Positions 7,219 through 15,054 of a DNA stretch of 15,054 nt are shown here, piece after piece; within the stretch, counting starts at the first letter, position 1; each line of letters starts with the position of its first letter. A program made the translations under genes and the position numbers. A model generated the notes under the pieces. That model saw nothing but the letters and a program-made list of their open reading frames with translations. It had not been told where the DNA came from and searched no databases. This stretch comes from Verrucomicrobiota bacterium (GTDB lineage Bacteria; Verrucomicrobiota; Verrucomicrobiia; Opitutales; Coraliomargaritaceae): positions 1-15,054 of the forward strand of contig JBCBZJ010000044.1 of assembly GCA_039815375.1 (NCBI GenBank), read 5' to 3'.

Positions 7219-10200
7219 GTGAAACCGGTATCCGTTTTTCATTGGGCCCTACTCTGTCTCATCGCGCCTACACTGCTTCTGGCCGACATCTTTCGCGGAG
7301 AAGTCCGTGATGAATTGACCGATGTCCCGATCGAAGGGGCAACTGTCGAGCTCCGTCTCGACGAGCTTTCTGCGGACCCTGATTTTACCGTCGAGACAGA
7401 TCCTTTCGGCCTCTTCGAAATCACCGATGTCGCGAGTGCGGCGACCTATGATGTCTTGGTGACTCATCCGGCCTACATCGACGAAAACGACGAGGTCACG
7501 ATAGACGTCGCCCGGAAATCTGAAAACTACGAGCTGACGCCGCGGGTAGATTTACCTGGCGGACCGGATGTCACTCCTTTCGACCTCTACGTGCAGGTCT
7601 ACGGCACTACGACCTATCTTGAGCTGGATACCATTCCGGTGACAGTCACCCAATACCTCAGTCAATTCGGAGGCGCCGCGGTCAACACCCGGCAGGTCGC
7701 AACGAACAGCGACGGCTCGGTCATTGTGCGGGGCCTCACCCCGGGCTGGTATGAAATCGAGATCAATGGCGCATCTTCAGCAGCCTTTCGCTCTGGCTGG
7801 GAGAGCTATCCCAAGGCTGGAGACCCTTTTGTCCGCGATTCGATCAACCAGACCAGCACGATCAATGTTCTTCTCAAGCCCGAACCGCAAGAGCTCACGT
7901 TCCGGGTCGAAACACTCGACTTCATCACCAACACGCCAGACCCGTTCGACTTTCCAGTTGATCCGCTTCAACCGGTCGAAGGCATTCTCGTCGAGATTAC
8001 CGCGTTCGATCCCAATAACGAGGATCGCGAGCTCATGGAGCCACTCAACGAGATCACAGACGAAGACGGTGAGGTGACCTTCACCAAGTTGCCTGGCGTC
8101 TCCTACAAGGTGGAGGCAAAGGCGATCGGCTATTACACTTTGGAGACGGAGATCGACGCCGATTTCCAGGGCAGGTTGCCAACCGAGGTCCAGATTCTGG
8201 AGATCCAACCAGAGCGCCAGTTCGTCACTCTGATCTACGAGTTTCCGGACTACTCACCGGTAAATTGTGATGACTTCAGAGGCTTCCCGAATTCGGACGG
8301 CGAGCATTTCAACGGAACGATCCTCGACGGGCTTCAAGTCACAGTCGAAGGCGTCCCCGGATCGGTCACCGAAGGCATCAAAAAGACGCTCTTCAACGAA
8401 TTCGATATTACGTTTTTTCCCTGTAACCCCACCTCGTTCTCACTTGAGGGCCCGTTCCGAGCAGGGCGCTACCGCGTCACGATCCGTGGTCGAATCGGCT
8501 CGAATTTCATCTGGGGTGGCCAGTTCGGTTCCAGTTTTTTCAATGCCGTGACGTTCCCGGTCGTTCACGAAGAATTCATTGAAATCGTTCCCAATGGCCC
8601 GGGCAACCTGCCCACTACAGACAGCTTCCTCGACAACCCCTTCGCTTTCTTCACTCGAACCGGCCAGACGATCGAATTACGCACCCAACCCGAGACCGTC
8701 ACGGGCCGCTTACTCGGTGCCGAGGAAATCGCACTCAGCACAATAGCCGCACCAAACGGAATCGGAGATCCTGTCTTCGAGGGCATGGCTGGCTACACGC
8801 TCACCTTCCGCCAACCTCCCGAACTGGACCTCTTTGAGAATTTCCAGCCCGTCACCGCAACGACTGCCGCAGACGGGTCCTACTCAGTTGAGCTCCTTCC
8901 CGGCATCTACACAGTCGAAGTCACTGGAACAGACATCGATTCTTACATGGGCGATGCCTACGTCTACGAAGTCACGTCGCCGCTGGGTGGTCGCACACCC
9001 GGTGAGCAGATGACAGGTGCCTGGCCTGTAGTCGACCAGATCCCGGACGGATTTAACTTTGCGACCAGCTCAACTTATTTCAACGGATCCGGCGTCGCGA
9101 TCAACGGTGGGGATGCTCCGGTTCTCGATCTCTTCGTGCGCAAAGAGCTCTACTACCTCGAAGCAAACGTCGAACTACAAGGCCCCACAAAACAGCGTCT
9201 CATCTTCCGCTCAGATCTAGGGAGCGCCAGCGAGCCCTACCTGCTTCTCTCCGAAAACGGAGCCACCGCGAAAGTGACCGACCTCTCAAATAATGAATTC
9301 ACCGCCGACTGGGGCATCAGCCCACTTAGCGGATCGTTTTCCGGAAACGGCCGTTTTTTCGAAGCGGCCGCACTTTTCGAGACTTTGCCTCCTGGACAAT
9401 ATTCCTTCGCACTGAGCCACCCCGACTACGCTTTTGAGTCCCAGCCAACCGATGCCTTTTTCCCAGACTTCCCACGCCCGGGCAAAGTGCCGGACCAGGC
9501 ATTGATCGATGCCGTGCAGCAAGCAATCGACGACTTCATCATTTTCTCGATCAATGACGTGCCACGCCCGCTCAGCCTAAATCAGAAAACCCCCGTCCGC
9601 GCCACAGAAGCATCTCAAACCCGCGATGTCTCAGTCTTTTTCTGGGTCGATACAGATCCGGACCCTCAGGTCGAAGCCTTCGATTACGTCGAGGGCTTCT
9701 TCAACTACCTGAATATCTTCGACGCTCCCGGCTATGCACCCGGCCTGTATGTATCTTCTCAGCTTCCCGATGCATCTGGTGTAGGACAGTATGTGAGCGC
9801 GTTCTACGAGAATCAGACTCGCATCTTCAGGGCGAATCCCACCGACAGTATTTTCCTCGGAGGAGACAGTGCTTCCACCGAAGCAACCCTACCCGACCTG
9901 GATTACAATCTTGAGCTGATCGCAGTCTCCGAACTCGACAGCAGTGTGCTCGTGCCAGGAGTCAAGCTGACGCTCGCAAGCTTCAGCGGCACACCAGAAA
10001 ACATCACCACGACCTCGAGTCCCCTCACTTTCAGCAGCCGCACCGCGCCACTCGAAGTGGCTGATGACTTCTCTGACAATTTTATCCTCAATCGCGCAGT
10101 CATCACCGAGATCAGCTCCAGCGGAGATACCCCGACTGTCAAAGTTACTGCCTACGTTGAGCAGGCCATTGAAATTCGGGCGACGGTCGAAAACGCCGCC

Positions 10201-13200
10201 CTAAACGGGATCGGCATCGAAGGCGTGCCGCTGAAGATCACCGACAGCTATGGAAACCAGATCGACACTTTAATTGGCGATGATGGGATCGACCAAACCG
10301 ACGAGGCCGGACAGGTAACTATCACCAACATACGCCTGCGCGATCTATTTGTCGTCACGAACTTTCCTGGCTTTGAGCAGAGCCGGGACTTCCTTCAACT
10401 CGCGGACCTACAAACCGATCCAAACACGAGTGCTCAATTCTTCGCGCCGACGATTATACTCACGCCACTGGATCGGCCGTCAATTACCACAACCGGGACA
10501 CCGATCGATCGCTTCGGCGGAGTGCTACCGGGAGTCACTCGCAGTGGTGATGCTTCCGCCTTCGATGGCTTCGCCGCCAAGGACACCCTAACCGCCACGT
10601 GGACAGTCGACGTCAACCATGCCGATATCGATTATTTCTTACCCAGCTTTGAAGACGCGACCGGAACTTCGGGTCCTTCTGAAAACATTGTCTTCAACGA
10701 CGGCATTCGGCGCGGCTACCTCGTCGACCTGCGTGAGTTCTCCACTGGCGATGATGGCCAAATACTGACGAACGAAGTCAATCTCCCCGCCAGCACCGAG
10801 CCGGACGAATTCGTCCGACTGCTCCAAGCTATCGCAACAGGTCGCGATATCACCGATGCAGCAGAAGAATCGAGTATCTTCATTGCTCCCTCCACCATGG
10901 TGGAGTCCGTCTCGGCCGGAAGTTCACGCATAACCGGAACCTTCAGCGTTGCCGACATCCCTCCCGGTGATCTTCAACCCGCTATAATTGTCGAGTCACT
11001 CGCAGGCGCATTTACCTTCTACAAGGTCGATATGATGGTCGCCGACAATATGACAAAGCGCCTCACAGGCATTGATATCCCTGAATGGATGGGCTTCCTC
11101 TTCGACTTTCTTGGTGTATCAGCCGGGATCAGCGCAACCCAATCGGAAATCGAAAAGTATGTGCCTCAGGGAGCCATCATCCCCTTCCCCGACTTTAGTG
11201 CAACCATCTCTGAGGCCAAGGATGACGACGGAGCAAAAACCGGCTTTATCGACTACGAGTATAAACTCGATCTCGGCACCAAGGTTGGGCCGGAATCTCC
11301 GGCCGGTGGACTCGCCTCACTCGGACCTGGCCTGCTCGGGGCCGAAATCAAGGCGAATGGCACCATCAGCTCAACCGGTGATAAACGCGAGATCGGCGTC
11401 TCACTCTCAGCTGATATCTCTCAGGACACCATCTCTGAGGGCACCATCGATTCGAAAAAATACGTTCCAAAGATCGCAACCAGTTTACTGGGCGTGACTC
11501 CAAAGATTGAATCAATCGGAGTGGGCGTCAGCTCAAACATCGTTAGTAGTGCGGATATCAACAGCGCTTACCTCGCCAAGCTCCTCGTCGCGTTTGGCGG
11601 CGATATAGACGTCAGCGCCGAGATGGATCTTTCCACCATCACAGGCAAAATTCCCTATGCCGGACCGGTGCTGGTCCTCCTTTCCAAAACCGGCTTGCTC
11701 AAGACCACCGTGAACACCGCAGCAGGACTGCGCATCGTCGACGAATACGTCGTCGAGACGGTGCGGCCGAGCACCGTGGCGGAGAAGCTTATAAGCACCG
11801 AAGAATCGGACGATCCCGACCCACGGGTCGGCCGCCGCAACTTTCTTGGCGGGCGCGAACTAGGCGAATCTGCAACCGAATCCACCGGTGATCCACGCCG
11901 CAGCGATGGCGTCCTGCTCGACTATACACGCACCGTAGGCGTCGGCTTCGGTTCGAACCTGGCCGCCACCTCGGAATTTATCGGGCAAAAGCTCGGGGCA
12001 AATGCCGGTTTTGAGCTCACCGGCCCAAAGGTTCGCGGTAAAGGTTCTCTCGCGATCCAGTTTAACCAGTTCGGCGACTACCCACTGGTGAAACGCATCC
12101 AGGGACAGGTCGACCTCGTGCTCAACGCCTATGCCAAGACCAGCCTGGGCGAAAAGAAAAAGAACTATACCTGGACCGCCCTTTCCATCGATGCTCAATA
12201 CGGCACCGAGACTGTCTTCGAAGTCATCCCGATGGAGCTGGAGTATATCGAGCAGACCTTTGCCGACTTCGGCTCCAATGTCTTCACCGGTGACGCACCT
12301 TCGATCGCAGGAGGCGTCGCTCCCTTCGGGACCTATGCCGGTGCACCGGCAGGGGGTGGTGCTCTCGTGACTCTGGTCAACGGTGCCATGGTCGAGCTGG
12401 TTCTTGCGCCTCGAGGCAGTGATCAGGACCACGGCACGCCGGAGCAGATTGCCTCGCTCACCACCATTCTTGCTTCCGATATTCTCGAACTTGACGATGG
12501 CCGTATTCTTGTCGTTTGGGCGGAGCCCTCAGGCTCGGTCGATCCGAATGATCCCCTCGCTCCTAATGTTGTAAAATTCTCGGTCAGTGACACCAATGGC
12601 GAAAACTTCTCAGCCGCAGCCAACGCCTTTTCCCTAAGCGGTTCGGCCGCGGATTTGCACCTCGTTCAAAGTGGCAGCGCAGTCTACCTCGTCACGCGAA
12701 TGATGATCACCGGCAATGGACCGCCCATCCACCAGCTCTTCGGCCAAACCTTCGACCGCGTCCAGCTGAACTTCGGTAACGCTTTTAGCTTCCTCGCTCA
12801 GGAAACCACCGGAATTTCCGAGCTTGCCGTCACCGGACCCGGCTCGACCGGCGCAGGCGACATCGCCGTCTACTTCATCGCCGGTGATGACACACTGAAA
12901 TCACTCCGCTGGGCAGGCGGTTCCCCCACCGGTCTCGCCACCATCGACACTGAGATTGATGCCGGACTCGCAGCAACCTCCACCAGCACTGAATTCTTCG
13001 TCATTGCGAGCGCCGAGAACGATGAGCTTCGCCTCTACACATCCGACAGCGGTACCGCGAACAACGGCACTGAAACCAGCTCGGTCGTGGCCGAAGGAGT
13101 CGACCCGCGCGAGGCGCAACTGGTCCTTCAGGACGTCACTCAGGATGGCGGCCTGCTTTACAGTTTCACCCAGGGCACTCTGGGCGGCAGCGAAATCTGT

Positions 13201-14340
13201 TTCCTCTTCATCGACGATACCGGTGCGCCACTCTCGGAAGGCGTGCAGCACCTGACGCAGAATAACTCCGGCACCTACTCTCAACTGAGCATCAGCGTGA
13301 TCGATAGTGAAACCACTTTCCTCTATGCGCTTTTTGAAAACAGCCCACCCGAAATTCGGGTCTTTGAAATCAGCGTTACCGAAGGCAGCTCGGGTAACGA
13401 TTCCGATGAGGACGGGATCAATGATCTCGGCGAGCTGCAAATTATCGATGCCGATTCTGAAGACTCCATCGCTACCCTGGCCGATGTCATTGGCACGGAT
13501 GACTTCGACCTCGACGGCTTTGATAATGCCACCGAAATTGAGCTCGGCAGCGACCCGGCAGATGAATTTTCTGTCCCCGTCGTTGAGGGTCTTCCAACCG
13601 TCAGCGTTGCGGCGGCCCTGCCGGATGCCGGCGAGCTGGATACGGTTGTCGGACGCTTCGACATCAGCCGTAGCGGCGCGACCGACGCCCCCCTCACCGT
13701 GAATTACACCACCGATGGAACCGCGACTGCCGACACAGACTACACTGCCTTGCCCGGATCGCTCGAGATTCCGAGTGCAGCTTCGCTGGCCAGTATCGCC
13801 GTCACGCCGATTCGCGATAACCTTTCCGAAGGTGTCGAGACTGTCGTTCTCACCATTTCCAGTGACGACGCCTACACCATCGGCAACATCGGCAGCGCTA
13901 CCATCAATATCGGCGACCTGCCGGCGGATGCCTGGCGCTTCCTCAACTTCGGAGCCGATGCCAATACCCTCTCTGCCGGCGACCTGGCCGACTTCGATAA
14001 AGACGGCATCCCCAACCTTCTGGAATACGCCCTTAAGCTCGATCCCCGAATCGAGGGGCAGGTCGGATTACCGGTTGTGAGCATTATCGAAAACGAAGTC
14101 ACCGATGAGCGCTTCCTCACCTTCAGCTACACGGAAAACGATGATGGCGAGGACCTGATCTATGAAGTCGAAGTCAGCCCTGACCTCGGTCCGGACAACT
14201 GGACTTCGGGCAATGGCGTCACCGTCGAAGTCTCGCGTGTCCCGCTGGTAGACGGCGGAACAACCGTCACCGTCCGCAACACCACACCCATCGGCAACGA
14301 CGGTAGCGCGTTTATGCGACTCTCTGTCGAGCGCAGATAA
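7219..14340 (+). CDS. Giant secreted/surface protein: carboxypeptidase-regulatory-like beta-sandwich repeats, central beta-rich region, probable propeller, Ca-binding DxDxDG repeats, Calx-beta domain and Verrucomicrobia-type C-terminal domain
   Basis: 2373-aa ORF with GTG start and signal peptide (..PTLLLA/DIF). Repeats of the type G.V.D..T..PIEGATV..TD..G.F.I. Asp-box-like SVSDTNGENFS. DSDEDGIND and DFDLDGFDNATEIELGSDP. Calx-beta-like segment ~13594-13917 (PTVSV..LTVNYTTDGTATADTDY..EGVETVVLTI..ATINIGD). C-terminal AWR..NFG..DFDKDGIPNLLEYAL..YEVEVSPDL..W..FMRLSVE. Confidence 0.9.
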   Translation: MKPVSVFHWALLCLIAPTLLLADIFRGEVRDELTDVPIEGATVELRLDELSADPDFTVETDPFGLFEITDVASAATYDVLVTHPAYIDENDEVTIDVARKSENYELTPRVDLPGGPDVTPFDLYVQVYGTTTYLELDTIPVTVTQYLSQFGGAAVNTRQVATNSDGSVIVRGLTPGWYEIEINGASSAAFRSGWESYPKAGDPFVRDSINQTSTINVLLKPEPQELTFRVETLDFITNTPDPFDFPVDPLQPVEGILVEITAFDPNNEDRELMEPLNEITDEDGEVTFTKLPGVSYKVEAKAIGYYTLETEIDADFQGRLPTEVQILEIQPERQFVTLIYEFPDYSPVNCDDFRGFPNSDGEHFNGTILDGLQVTVEGVPGSVTEGIKKTLFNEFDITFFPCNPTSFSLEGPFRAGRYRVTIRGRIGSNFIWGGQFGSSFFNAVTFPVVHEEFIEIVPNGPGNLPTTDSFLDNPFAFFTRTGQTIELRTQPETVTGRLLGAEEIALSTIAAPNGIGDPVFEGMAGYTLTFRQPPELDLFENFQPVTATTAADGSYSVELLPGIYTVEVTGTDIDSYMGDAYVYEVTSPLGGRTPGEQMTGAWPVVDQIPDGFNFATSSTYFNGSGVAINGGDAPVLDLFVRKELYYLEANVELQGPTKQRLIFRSDLGSASEPYLLLSENGATAKVTDLSNNEFTADWGISPLSGSFSGNGRFFEAAALFETLPPGQYSFALSHPDYAFESQPTDAFFPDFPRPGKVPDQALIDAVQQAIDDFIIFSINDVPRPLSLNQKTPVRATEASQTRDVSVFFWVDTDPDPQVEAFDYVEGFFNYLNIFDAPGYAPGLYVSSQLPDASGVGQYVSAFYENQTRIFRANPTDSIFLGGDSASTEATLPDLDYNLELIAVSELDSSVLVPGVKLTLASFSGTPENITTTSSPLTFSSRTAPLEVADDFSDNFILNRAVITEISSSGDTPTVKVTAYVEQAIEIRATVENAALNGIGIEGVPLKITDSYGNQIDTLIGDDGIDQTDEAGQVTITNIRLRDLFVVTNFPGFEQSRDFLQLADLQTDPNTSAQFFAPTIILTPLDRPSITTTGTPIDRFGGVLPGVTRSGDASAFDGFAAKDTLTATWTVDVNHADIDYFLPSFEDATGTSGPSENIVFNDGIRRGYLVDLREFSTGDDGQILTNEVNLPASTEPDEFVRLLQAIATGRDITDAAEESSIFIAPSTMVESVSAGSSRITGTFSVADIPPGDLQPAIIVESLAGAFTFYKVDMMVADNMTKRLTGIDIPEWMGFLFDFLGVSAGISATQSEIEKYVPQGAIIPFPDFSATISEAKDDDGAKTGFIDYEYKLDLGTKVGPESPAGGLASLGPGLLGAEIKANGTISSTGDKREIGVSLSADISQDTISEGTIDSKKYVPKIATSLLGVTPKIESIGVGVSSNIVSSADINSAYLAKLLVAFGGDIDVSAEMDLSTITGKIPYAGPVLVLLSKTGLLKTTVNTAAGLRIVDEYVVETVRPSTVAEKLISTEESDDPDPRVGRRNFLGGRELGESATESTGDPRRSDGVLLDYTRTVGVGFGSNLAATSEFIGQKLGANAGFELTGPKVRGKGSLAIQFNQFGDYPLVKRIQGQVDLVLNAYAKTSLGEKKKNYTWTALSIDAQYGTETVFEVIPMELEYIEQTFADFGSNVFTGDAPSIAGGVAPFGTYAGAPAGGGALVTLVNGAMVELVLAPRGSDQDHGTPEQIASLTTILASDILELDDGRILVVWAEPSGSVDPNDPLAPNVVKFSVSDTNGENFSAAANAFSLSGSAADLHLVQSGSAVYLVTRMMITGNGPPIHQLFGQTFDRVQLNFGNAFSFLAQETTGISELAVTGPGSTGAGDIAVYFIAGDDTLKSLRWAGGSPTGLATIDTEIDAGLAATSTSTEFFVIASAENDELRLYTSDSGTANNGTETSSVVAEGVDPREAQLVLQDVTQDGGLLYSFTQGTLGGSEICFLFIDDTGAPLSEGVQHLTQNNSGTYSQLSISVIDSETTFLYALFENSPPEIRVFEISVTEGSSGNDSDEDGINDLGELQIIDADSEDSIATLADVIGTDDFDLDGFDNATEIELGSDPADEFSVPVVEGLPTVSVAAALPDAGELDTVVGRFDISRSGATDAPLTVNYTTDGTATADTDYTALPGSLEIPSAASLASIAVTPIRDNLSEGVETVVLTISSDDAYTIGNIGSATINIGDLPADAWRFLNFGADANTLSAGDLADFDKDGIPNLLEYALKLDPRIEGQVGLPVVSIIENEVTDERFLTFSYTENDDGEDLIYEVEVSPDLGPDNWTSGNGVTVEVSRVPLVDGGTTVTVRNTTPIGNDGSAFMRLSVERR

Positions 14341-14386
14341 TCCCAATCACGGTAAAACACGCCAGCAATAAGCCGCTTAGGCGACC

Positions 14387-14571
14387 AGGGCACATGGCTT
14401 GTCTGTCAGGGCGACGGTCATGTGTTCTTTATGCCCTTACTCAGCCTTCAGTTGCCCAGCAGTATATGGCTGAGTCCAGCGCATGGTCCTTACACGCATA
14501 GAAGGCGCCAAAAATTGCTTCCTATGTTTCTACAAAATTATGCAATCGGATAAGATGTGCGCTCTGGGCAA
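14387..14571 (+). ncRNA. Candidate structured RNA / 3' element (several long stems); family not recognised
   Basis: Stems 14387-14403/14413-14428, 14439-14446/14468-14475 (perfect 8 bp), 14496-14507/14516-14527 and 14478-14484/14557-14563. Imperfect positions are mostly G-U on the + strand. Confidence 0.4.
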
Positions 14572-15054
14572 GTCTATGACGCTGACTTTTCCAGCAGAGC
14601 TGGGAACCGCTTATCTCCTCTAACACACGCTTATGTTCTCCTCGTTTAGTTTCCTGTTTTCGCCGTAGTGGATTAGCATCAATTAGCGTTCATTAGCGGT
14701 TAAAAAATACGTCGGATTCCTGGTTCAAGATTCAACCGTGCTGGTGGTTTAGCTCTGAGAAAATCTCTGATGCTGACTTTTCCAGCAGAGCTGGGAACCG
14801 CTTATCTCCCCTAACATACGCTTATGTGCTCTTCGTCTAATTTCCTGTTTTCGCCGTAGTGGATTAGTGTCCATTAGCGGTTAAAAAATATGTCGGATTC
14901 CTGGTTCAAGATTCAACCGTGCTGGTGGTTTAGCTCAGAGGAAATCTCTGATGCTGACTTTTCCAGCAGAGCTGGGAACCGATTATCTCCCCTAACATAC
15001 CCTTATATTCTCTTCGTTTAGTTTTCTGTTTTCGCCATAGTGGATTAGTGTCCA
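14561..15054. repeat. Tandem array of 181-191-bp non-coding units (at least 2.7 copies, truncated by the window end)
   Basis: The anchor gctgacttttccagcagagctgggaaccg occurs at 14581, 14772 and 14953 (periods 191 and 181). Units are highly similar, and the 10-nt length difference is one extra ATTAG-containing subunit in unit 1. Confidence 0.97.

Noticed and set aside
7239..14393. Numerous short ORFs inside the giant gene
   Set aside because: They are alternative-frame or antisense by-products of a GC-rich coding sequence and have no independent support.
14439..14571. HDV-like ribozyme
   Set aside because: The P1/P2/P4-like order is suggestive, but no P3/L3, P1.1 or J4/2 with a catalytic C can be placed.
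14720..14802. tRNA genes in the repeat (GGTTCAA, TAGCTC(A)G and an anticodon-like GCTGACTTTT)
   Set aside because: The T-loop-like word lies upstream of the D-arm-like word. There is no T arm after the 7-nt loop, no U33 and no CCA, so a cloverleaf cannot be built.
14561..15054. CRISPR array
   Set aside because: Units are ~181-191 bp and similar along their whole length. There is no short repeat/unique spacer alternation and no cas gene in the window.

Overview
Bacterial DNA, probably from a Verrucomicrobia/PVC organism; this is inferred from the C-terminal module of the giant protein. The left half (1-6755) is a run of minus-strand genes. In transcription order they are: HNH endonuclease, ArsS-type radical SAM (DUF3641), ICMT/PEMT-family membrane methyltransferase, secreted DUF6503-like protein, DUF547 protein, a flavin oxidoreductase fused to a NapH/NosR-like membrane polyferredoxin, and the N-terminus of a cellulose-synthase-like GT2 that the ORF track missed. 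Divergent from these is a 2373-aa secreted, acidic, multidomain surface protein (7219-14340). The non-coding DNA is the most unusual part. Five successive spacers each carry an inverted-repeat element built from short periodic subunits, with a different core word each time. The window ends in a hairpin-rich ~185-nt segment followed by a tandem array of 181-191-bp structured, non-coding units that runs off the window.
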